Below, in pieces: positions 12,497 to 22,175 of a stretch of DNA of 64,000 bases. Every line of letters starts with the position of its first letter. Positions within the stretch are counted from its first letter, which is position 1. This DNA comes from Hydrolagus colliei. Its lineage: Eukaryota. The stretch covers positions 13,144,001 to 13,208,000 of the forward strand of contig CM068752.1 in assembly GCA_035084275.1 (NCBI GenBank), given 5' to 3'. The notes beneath the pieces are model-generated. The model was not told the origin of the DNA, made no database searches, and was given only the letters and a program-made list of their open reading frames with translations. Position numbers and translations under genes: made by a program.

Positions 12497-13170
12497 GGAG
12501 TCCTGTAGCTCAGTGGTTAGAGCACTCGCCTTACAAGAAAGAGACCTGGATTCAATTCCAGGCAGGACGAAACTTTGGACAAGTTTCCTTACTCCACAAG
12601 CCTAATAATAATCCCTAAAAATAAAAAATAATATTAAAATGGTCACTTCAAGCAACGATTTTTGTGGGATACTGCTGCGTGCAATTGGCTGCCGCATTTC
12701 ATTCACATATATACAATCAATTCACTTTACAGTGTACAGTAAAAGCTCATTTATCCAGCAGTGAATATGCTGGATATTCGGGCGGCAAGTTGCCGAAAAC
12801 CCAACGCAAAAAAAATTTACTTATTTTAAAACATACCACATTAGTAATAGACTAAACAATAACAGAATGTGGAAGGATACTTAACAATAAAGCATTCCAG
12901 CACACTTGGTAAAATGATCGGTAAAAAAGCATTCCAGTGTTCGTAAATTTAATAAGTGCATATGCGCAAAGTGAGCATACTCGCGAGTGACCTGGATGGC
13001 TACGATATGAGATCTGTTCCCTGGAATGGTGAATTGTATTGGGAGGTAACCTGTTGGGGGTTGAGCATTCCACTTGGTTGGGTGCCAGATAAACGGGCTT
13101 TTACTGTATTCTGTGAAGTGCTATATTAAAAAAGATGTGGAAAGCGCTATATTAAATGCAAGTATTATTA
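12497..13170 (+). mobile_element. Composite tRNA-derived SINE (interrupted by the MITE)
   Basis: tRNA-like head GTCCTGTAGCTCAGTGGTTAGAGCACTCGCCTTACAAG..CCTGGATTCAATTCCAGGCAGGAC (A and B boxes), Deu-like core tttgtgggatactgctgcgtgcaattggctgcc, and L2-like tail gtggaaagcgctatattaaatgcaag. Confidence 0.88.
12737..13106. mobile_element. 370-bp MITE (Tc1/mariner/pogo-type)
   Basis: Left end CAGTAAAAGCTCATTTATCCAGC; reverse complement of right end CAGTAAAAGCCCGTTTATCTGGC. TA on both sides; it interrupts a SINE. Confidence 0.88.
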
Positions 13171-14799
13171 TAGGACTTTACTGCTGCATATAGTCACCAT
13201 TGGCGGGCAAGCCTTTAGCCGTTCTGTCCCCAACTTCTGGAACTCCATCAAGTCTCGCCACTGGTTATCAATATTAATTATTTATTTGCAAATCACCATC
13301 AAAGTTTTGATGAATTTCAGTTCTGCCTGCAGGTGGATCTCCATTCAGGTGGATAGTATTTCAAAAAGAAATGTGGAGTTTTTCTTCTCGTTATCCTCGT
13401 TTATATTGCCCTCCTTGTGAAAATTTACATCAAATTCAAAGTAATTGCTCATTTCATTGTTGTTTATCTAATGATGAAAACAGCTGCATATTTGTGTGTA
13501 TATCAATCAGTGTTATTTCGAATCAATAACATTGATAAAGTGTTTCAAGACTTTTGTTTTACATGAAAGGAACTATGTTATCAACTATATTATCAATATT
13601 GGAAGTTGTTATTATCAGCCTCTGTGATCTCCTTTCCACTGCCTTAGACAATGGCCCCTCAAAGTCCTAGAGATCAGGGCTGTGCACAGCATCAGTTAAT
13701 CCATAGAAGAAGAGGCTTTCAGGGTTGAATGTTGTTCGACTTGTATCATAGTTAACATTATACCGTTCACATCAAGTCATAACTTACAATTGTGACCTGA
13801 TCACGGCTCACAGAGAGTCCAGATCGATGCGATGATTAAGAATCTGATCATGTTTATTTCTCTGGTTAGCAGTTAATGTATGGGGTTACTGCATTTACAC
13901 AATCCAAAAACAAGGCAAAATTCATCAACACAGCTGTACAGTCAGAAAGAGATTCTACTAAATATCAAGATGAAAAAGACACTGGGTTCAAATTTGTATT
14001 CAATGTATTCATTGGACAATTACCCTGGTAAACATTATGTGTTGGACAAGTTTTATCCCATTGCAAGATAAAGCAGATGCTGACTTTCCTACTCCACATA
14101 AACTTGTTGAAGACAATGGTAGATTATATGTAATTAAAACTTAAATTGTACATTTTAGAACCCACAAATGCTCCACTATGATTATTTTTTATTGAACTCT
14201 CAATTGATGAATGCTCATGGACTCACAGGGCAATTCTTTTCAATTATACATATGCTATGAAATATAACCATATTCAGGTCTAACTTGCAATATTTGCAAA
14301 GTGGGTAAGTGCGAAATACTCTCTCTTTTGCAAATATTGAAAGTCATCTAATATTCATCAAAACAGCCAATTGTGATTTCTGAACACCGGGAAAGTGCCT
14401 GACAAAGGTTGAAGAATGGGTGTGTTTCGTTCCTGAGGAGCAGTGTCTAGAACTCTGAATATTTCAATAACAACAACAAAATTACATTTGTATAGCGCTT
14501 TCCACATCAGGAGGACGTCCCAAGATATAATAAACAAAATTAAAATAATTTAAGATTATTTCTATTAATTAGATGAAAAATCATTATTGGAAAGTTATTG
14601 CTCTTCATTATTTCTAAAAAGAAAATGGAAATTTACTTTGAAATTAGTGTGCTTAAATTCCGCATCTGATGCATTCAGCCTGATTTTTGTATCAGCTCGA
14701 CTATTTAAATTAAAATTTTCTAACTGGATTGAAGACTTTTGTGCTCAGCAATGTAAGTGGGATATTATAATACTCTTTTATAAATGAAAGAAAGAAGAC

Positions 14800-14960
14800 A
14801 AAATTAGAGAGAGAGAGACAACGAGAGTCAGACAGGGAAAGAGAGAAACCGTGAAAGACACACAGACAGATAGAAAGAGAGACAGAGAGAGAGAGAAACA
14901 GAAAAGCTGGGAGAAAGACATTCAGATGGAAAGTGAAAGAGAGACAAAGATGAGGGACAG
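14800..14960. repeat. GA-rich simple repeat
   Basis: gagagagaca/gaaagaga units. Confidence 0.8.
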
Positions 14961-16001
14961 AAAAGATATTCTAGGAAATGGATGAAGTTTGTCGAACAAA
15001 GCAAGGGAAGTCAGGAGGGAGAATTATAGATCGACAAAGGAGCAAACAGTACTCACTGATGGTAACGTAACTTCAGATGAGATACATACAGTGACAAATA
15101 AGGTCTCATAGTATTTAGTGTGTTTATGTGGTCACATGTGTGGTATTACTGTAATACTAAACTTAATGAGAATAAAACATTGAATATTACTCAGGATGTT
15201 CACATGCTTGTATTAGGCTTTGCAAAGATTGCTCACAAATCTTCCACATGTCTATGGGTATTAAAGAGAATCATCCCCCCACCCCCAAATAAAAACTGTA
15301 CTGGTAAAGGCCAGAGTTCAAGTCTGTATAACATTGGCAAAAATGTTTAAACAGTATAGTAAATCAGATTTGCAGTTAAAGGGGAGGGGACAGAGGTTGA
15401 CATATCTCTGTATGTGCTAGTTACAGAATCATAGAATATTACAGCACATAAATAGCCCTTTCTGCCCCCAAATGAACTCAATCCAAGAACATACAAACTC
15501 GATTGGTTAGATTGCAGTCTTGGTGTCACCTTCAATGTACAGTAACAGCATGAGAAACAGGACAAGAAACGGCTCATGCTCACGGTTTACATTTCATTCA
15601 GTGTTAGCTTAGTTTTACAGCTTTTAATGATTCCCTACTTTTCACCTTTTGTTCTTCACAACGTTACTCTCTGGACGGATCGTTTACAAAGGCTAAATGT
15701 ACGTCTCCATGAGATTCTTGACTCATATTCCAAAAATACATGAGATTTCTGAGATTCTAAATAGTGTGATCCAGAAATATTTTATAATGTTTACAATGCA
15801 GTAGAAAGTAAATAAGATACAGATTACCTCCCTCCCTCCCCCCCCCCCCCCCCCCCACACAAACAAAGTCCAGGTTTTGTTCCCAAATGGGTTTGCCCCG
15901 AGCTAGTCACATACAATTTGTTTCCAATTTAATCTGTTTTCAATCCTCACAAGTATTGAAAGAGTGAAGAGAGGCTTGCACTGCAGTCTCCCGGCAGGTC
16001 T

Positions 16002-16139
16002 TCACACTGTGCCCACAAACTCCACTTGCTGACTCTGCCCTTTCACTTGCTGCTTCCCGTTTGGTTCATGCTGCAAGTTGGCGTAGGCAAATTCCTTATC
16101 CCGCCTGCCCTGAGCATCAGCTGGAGCTCCCTGGGCACC
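16002..16139 (-). CDS. Siglec-like receptor, probable terminal coding exon (FAYANL motif)
   Basis: gtgttcccagcAG|GGT acceptor in phase 0, matching the previous donor; 45 codons plus TGA: GAQGAPADAQGRRDKEFAYANLQHEPNGKQQVKGQSQQVEFVGTV*. GC-rich island within AT-rich surroundings. Confidence 0.65.
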   Translation of the reverse strand, partial: GAQGAPADAQGRRDKEFAYANLQHEPNGKQQVKGQSQQVEFVGTV

Positions 16140-17125
16140 CTGCTGGGAACACACGGTTCGAAACATTGAGAAACAACAGTGGAATATGAAATGCCGTTTC
16201 TCATTGAATATGAACCCACTGAAAGCAGGTGCGATCAGAACACCAGTAACAGTTCTGTTTTGTGAGTTGCTGCGATGAACTGGAATGCATGGGAAAATGC
16301 AACATAGTGATTGAAAATTGATGGGCTATCAGTCACTATGTCCCAAAGCTATGGAACACTTTTCCTCTATCTCTCCGCCGTGCCTCTTCGACTATGACAC
16401 TGTCAAGCGTTCTAGGGCGCTACCCTGCATGTGGGGCGCTATATAAATTGTGGTTGTTGATGATGGGCTCAAACAGAAAATGTGAAGGAGGCTGTGACAA
16501 AAATGCAGGGAATGCATGGAAAATATGACCTTTCAAAATGTAGCCAATGTGATGATTGTGAAACATCCCATATTTCATTTTGTAGTGATTCAAACCAATT
16601 TATCGTTTTTCTTAAACACAGCAGTTCATAGAAACTTTAAGACATTTAGAGACCAAGCTCAAACCCGTACTGAAGATCTCCAGCAACAGATGACAGTTTA
16701 CAACTGGTACTCTCTATACATTGATAATGGCATAATTCTTTAACATCTGGATTGTAGGATATTGGCATCTGCAGCCATTGTTTCATTTTGTAGTTTATCT
16801 CATTGTCTCCCCTCCTCCTCCAAGGTGTGGCTTCACAAGCTTCTTTGACACTTCAGTGCAAGAGGTGATTGTTTGACTTCGGATGTATCTCACATGTGCC
16901 TCATCCTATATCCACATTCAAACCAGCAATGATCTCAAGACAGTGGGTTTTTCCCTCCTCGCACAGATACAACTGACCTTCTCTCGACCTTATACTATAG
17001 GTGGCAGAGGTAAACTGGTACAGGTGGGATGACCCCCCAGTTGTTGCTCTATGAGGGGGCTTTAATGATGCCCAATGACAACTGAGAAAGCCCATTACAT
17101 GCCAACCTCAACGTTGTCATCATTG

Positions 17126-17476
17126 TGGAGCTCAGTGGTGAAAGCACTCGCCTCATAAGCGAGAGACCTGGGTTTGGTTCCCGGGGCAGGCCACAAACAT
17201 TGGGCAAGTTTCCTTCCTCACATGTCTCTGTTTATCTAACAGTAAGTAGGAACCCAATTGTTAGTCGATTGATGGATCACTTTTCTGGGGATAATAATTC
17301 TTTAAAATAATTAATAATGGTAATTTGGTCCCTCAATCCACGACTGTTTGTGAAACTGCAGCATTTCACTCATAGAATATACAGTCAATTCACTTCAGTA
17401 TATTCCATGAAGTGCTTTGAGACATCTCAAAGATATGATATGGAGTTATATCAAATGTAAGGATTATTATTATTAT
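17126..17476 (+). mobile_element. Composite tRNA SINE, long variant
   Basis: ctcagtggtgaaagcactcgcctcataagcgagagacctggg head; acagtaagtaggaaccc segment; L2-like tail. Confidence 0.85.
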
Positions 17477-17684
17477 GTGATCAATAGTTAAGGAGATCCC
17501 CTTTCTCATCGGGTGAACATTTCAGATCATTTAATACAAAAGAGGAGACCTATTATTATCACTATTATTATTGTTATTGTTATTATTATTAACTAGAAAC
17601 TCCCCACCACCACCTCTTGGGCTCTCCTCCCCATTGAAGATCCCTAGATGCAGAAGGACAAACTTCAGTAGGACCTTTACTCAC

Positions 17685-17746
17685 CGGTTTTGTCATTTGC
17701 ACATCAGTGTACATTACTGGGTACGTCTCATTTTCCAATTCTCTTC
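17685..17746 (-). CDS. Siglec-like receptor, cytoplasmic exon with ITIM (VMYTDV)
   Basis: gtttttctcAG|GA acceptor, CCG|GTGAGT donor; 62 nt, phase 1-0. Encodes GRELENETYPVMYTDVQMTKP; VMYTDV (17700-17717) fits the ITIM consensus (I/V/L/S)xYxx(L/V). Confidence 0.85.
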
Positions 17747-18339
17747 CTGAGAAAAACACAAGGGGAACCAATTAATCATTTGATTTCAAAATATGTCTCT
17801 CATCACTTTAAAATCCGCTGATGGATAAGAGATTCACAATGATCCTTCCTGTAAAGAAAAAAAACCCTGTATTTTTATTGCACTTTGTTGGGTCACAATA
17901 TCTGATAGTAATTACTGTCACGTGTTGTCGTTGATTCTTGTGACTGATCCATTTGCTCCAGCAATGCTTTTGTTGCGAAACGGTTAGAATGAAGAGTTCA
18001 TCTTCCCAAAGGTGATTGTCACTGTTTTAAATTCCAACTCTTTCTGATCACGTTCAAACCAAACCAAGAAAGTGAGACCAGAGACTGGAAATGAATGACA
18101 AGTGAAGAACATACTTGCATCGAAACACCTCAAAGTGCTTGCTGTCAAATATAATTTTGCACACAGCCAACAAACAGCCACAAGGTGATCCAATATCTGG
18201 GTGAATGTTGGCCAGGACACTGTGGGGAGTTTCCAATCATGTCATGAGATTTTTAGTGTCCACCTGATAAACAGGTAGAGAAATTGCAAGGGAATTAAAG
18301 GAATTTTGTGGGGAAAAAAAAAGAATGATGAGCGCTCAC

Positions 18340-18450
18340 CTTCGATAACATGCTTCTTCCGTTTCCACGACACAATAACAAAGATTATGATGGCTACAGT
18401 CGTCCCGGCGATGAGGCCCACAATCAGCAGCAGCATCCTGGTGAAAGTGC
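18340..18450 (-). CDS. Siglec-like receptor, transmembrane exon
   Basis: caaccAG|GC acceptor, GAA G|GTGAG donor; 111 nt, phase 1-1. Encodes GTFTRMLLLIVGLIAGTTVAIIIFVIVSWKRKKHVIE: hydrophobic span followed by a basic stop-transfer cluster, no charged residue in the membrane core. Confidence 0.9.
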
Positions 18451-18456
18451 CTGGTT

Positions 18457-18760
18457 GACAACAACAACAACAACTTTGATTTATACAGCGCCTTCCACGC
18501 CGGACGGTATCTCAGAGCGCTTTTCAATAGCGGATCCCAGGACCAAGCCAGGGGCAGGGGCAGAAAGGTGACCAAAGGCGTGGTCGAAGAGAAAGGTCTT
18601 CAGCTGTGACCTGAAACTGGGAAGAGAGGGGGCGAGGTGAAGGGAGTGAGGAAGGGAGTTCCAGAGCCTCGGGGCGTAGTGGCTAAAGGCACGGCCGCCG
18701 AGGGTGGAGCGGAGGATTCGGGGGACATGGAGAAGGCCAGACCCAGACAACATAGCACCA
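18457..18760 (-). mobile_element. L2 3' fragment abutting the Siglec TM-exon acceptor
   Basis: GGRAFSHYAPRLWNSLP..FRSQLKTFLF; tail gaaggcgctgtataaatcaaa(gtt)n. Confidence 0.88.
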
Positions 18761-21139
18761 TTGAGGGCAGAGCCACTGCAAGCTTCAAACTCGTTACACG
18801 GTTATAGCAGGTTACAGCTTGCAAATCAGTGAGACCAGAATCATTTCTTCACACAGCGAGTTGTGGCAAGCTGCAGAAGATAATTTTTTCACAGACTGAT
18901 TACATGAGAAAGAGGATTCTGAGCTGCTTCCATCCCTACAGTCTAAATGCTCGTAGCATATATGCATATACTGCACAGTGCAGTAGTCTCCAGGCATTAA
19001 ATATTAATCTCCCAGACAATGCTGCAAGCAATCCGGATGAGCCATGATAGGGAATTCTCAAAAAATGTAATATTTAATGGCATTGGTGAATCAGAATTAT
19101 GCTGTTATCAGCTTCTCATTTGTTTCATACACACCTAGAGAATCTAAAATCCAGCTGAGTTTGAAATGTCAAGGCGATATGCTCTTACCATCTCAACCAT
19201 CTGGTGCTGTGATGTATGTTATCTAACTACAGTCAAGTTATTGCTGTCTCACTTTATGATAGCAACCGAACATAACCCTGGCATCAGTGACACTTTCTGC
19301 TCATGTGAAGCCTGCACAAAGTGATATCAGTGGTGACCTTATGTCCTGCACGTCTGTCTGATTAGACTTCCATTTGCTACTCAGAGCCAGAAGCAATGTG
19401 TATTGCAGTTCTGGTTATCATGGGCCCATGGGAGACCTCTATTCGTGTACCCCTGAGAACTCCGGCAACCATCTGCCCTGGAAGTTTCCTGTTTCCCATC
19501 CGTCCGCCATACCTGTGAAGCAGCTTTCAGTCATTCTGCTCCTGCTCTGTGAAATTCCATTCTGCAGTTCCTACCATTTACCCCCTCCCTCCCCGCCATT
19601 AAAGCCCACATTAAGACCTATCTTTTCAATCGCTTTTTCAGTCATACTTTCGTCCTTGACATCAGCTCAGACCTCTTCACAAAGACAAGTTCAGACGGCA
19701 AGAAAGGGCAGGGGAAAGGCGGAGAAGGCCACTGGATTGGTTGAAGAGGTAGGTTTCAAGGTGGCATTTAAGGACATATAGATAGTAAATGGGAGAGAGT
19801 TTCAGAGGATAGGGGATAATTGAGCAATGATGCTGAGCGTTGGCATCAGGAACTTCTTGATTAAAAAAATCCATTTAGAAATACCATAGAATCAATAATC
19901 CAACATTGACAAGATCATATCTGGGACTTCTTCATGTCAACCTTCTGAGTCTGATTAATTGAGCTGCCAGTCTTTCGAGCCAATATATTAGTGAGTCAGA
20001 GGTTATTTTACAGACTGGGACCTAAACAGATGATGGGACTTGGGAGATAGCAGCAGCACTGGTAAACTAGAACAATTACCTCATTAACAAATAAAGTTAT
20101 AGAGCATTACAATAGGGTTTATCAGTTAGAAAGAACAATTTTATTTAAAATAACTGTTCAGAGAAGAAATAAGGAATAGAACAGAAGTAGAATATTTTAA
20201 CAACTCAAATTATATTTAAAATTGTTTAAATGTTCATTCTTAAAATATCAAAATCACGCTAGAGGCTTGAAGTTTCTCCTGATTTTACGCTGATGATTTA
20301 AATTTAAGATAGTGCAGCATGTTGCAAAATTCTTCAATTCAATCTTGATTTAGCAGAAATTGGAAAACTGGCTTCAAAATTCACTTTCAAATTCTACATT
20401 TTCTTAAATGTTAAGGCAATAGACGTTCAAGGCTAAGGCCTTATTGAGGAATTTGAGCCTCAGATACATAACAACAACAACAACAACTTAAACTTAAACT
20501 TATAAAGCGCCTTTCACGTCGGGAGGACGTCCCAAGGCGCTGCACAGGAGGCGTGTGACCCGAGCTGGGAGGGGAGTGTTTGGGAAGGGGTGAAACATGT
20601 AGGGGAGGTCGAAAAGTTTTAGCCTTAAAGATCATTTTAAGATATGAAATTGTGCATTCTTAAATGCAGTATTAATTTTGAAAATGGTTTTCCTTAGTTC
20701 TTAAATAGAATCAAATTCCAAATTTAGATTGAATTTGGATCCCTGTCTGTCCAGTGCCTTGGGACACCTTCCTGATGTGAAAGGTGCTATACAAATGTAA
20801 CTTGTTACTGTTGCTGAATTTTAAAATATGTTCAGATCTCTGTAGAGACTCGAATGTTCAACAACAAAAATATTGGCTGAAGCATGGACTAGGTACCATT
20901 TGGGGCCTTGGGTATCTGAGCAGTTTTATTAATATAATATTAATGCTTTTTGCAGAGCTAAATCTTGTGAATTAAAAAATGTGTGTTTGTTTAAAAAACT
21001 GTATGAACACCTGGAAACACAAATGCCTTGAACCTGGTGACAGATATTTCCTGAACTTGGTGACAATCATGAATTGAAAAAAAAATTTTTTAACTGCAGG
21101 TAACTCTTTAGTAACTGGAAAAATACATTTTACACTTAC

Positions 21140-21394
21140 CTGGTGGGCATTTTTCTGAGACTGTGACCCCATGTTTGTTCTGAGCAAGGCAGGATACACA
21201 AAACATGGCAGTTGTATCCAGTTGGAGTGTGCTACTTGAATGAGTGCCATTGACATCCTGCATTATACTGACTGCAGGATCAGTGAGATTTATGTTGGGG
21301 TCACTGATCTTCCACGTGATCTTCGCAGGAGGGCTGGCCTCAGCCACACACTTATACATCAAGTCTTGGGTTATGGTGACTCTATCGGGTTTGT
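21140..21394 (-). CDS. Siglec-like receptor, membrane-proximal Ig domain exon
   Basis: ttccttttgcAG|AC acceptor, CCA G|GTAAG donor; 255 nt, phase 1-1. Encodes YKPDRV..YKCVAEASPPAKITW..SSTLQL..VSCLAQNKHG..CPP, like the membrane-proximal domain of MAG/CD33-related Siglecs. Confidence 0.9.
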
Positions 21395-21800
21395 CTGCAA
21401 AAGGAAATTAAATTTGATTACTACAGCTTCAGAAATAATACTCGTACCAAGTTAACTCTTGGTACCAGCGCCTTAGGATGTCCTCCCGACATGAAAAGTA
21501 TATACGTATTATAACAATATAATTTTGTATTATAACAATACCTGCAGCCAGAATTCCTTTGTTTCATGTTATCAAAAAAAAAGATGAACAAGGCACTTCA
21601 GCTCATTTGATCTCACCTTTCCCTCTAAACCATTACAGCATCAAGCCCCTTCTTTAAAAAAAAAGTCAATGTTTAGGTTTCCACATGCCTTCTTAGTTAC
21701 CTTGGTTTCACACAACACTGGAAAGGACTGTAAGAACTGGAGCTCCTTTAAATAAGGTGATGTGTTATGATGGCCCATTGCCGTCATAAGCATTATTTTG

Positions 21801-22175
21801 TGGAGTCCTGTAGCTCAGTGATTAGAGCACTCATCTTGCAAGTGAGAAACCTGAGTTTGATTCCAGGCAGAACGCAACCTTGGGCAAGTTTCCTTACTCC
21901 AAACACCTGATAATAAACTCCCCCCCAAAAAAAACCAATAATAAAATTGTAATTTCAATCCCCAACTATGTGTGGGATGTTGCTGTGCACAATTGGCTGC
22001 CATGTTTCGCCCATAAAATATACAGTCAATTCACTTCATAGTATGTTCTTGGGAACGTCCTCCTGACAAGAAAGGTGTATACAAGTGAAATTTTGTTGCT
22101 GTTGTTGTTCTGTGATGCGCTTTGAGACATCTAGAAGATGTGAAAAGCGCTATATCAAATGCAAGGATTATTATT
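21801..22175 (+). mobile_element. Composite tRNA SINE with a nested L2 3'-tail
   Basis: Full head, core and tail; ~60-bp L2 tail inserted at ~22051-22110 between tgttct repeats. Confidence 0.85.

Noticed and set aside
12500-12568. tRNA-Val(TAC)-like sequence as a real tRNA gene
   Set aside because: The anticodon stem is mismatched in this copy, there is no terminator, and it continues into the SINE body, as do many other copies.
17984-18220. 78-aa minus ORF between the TM and ITIM exons
   Set aside because: No convincing acceptor or motif; the TM exon splices in frame directly to 17746.
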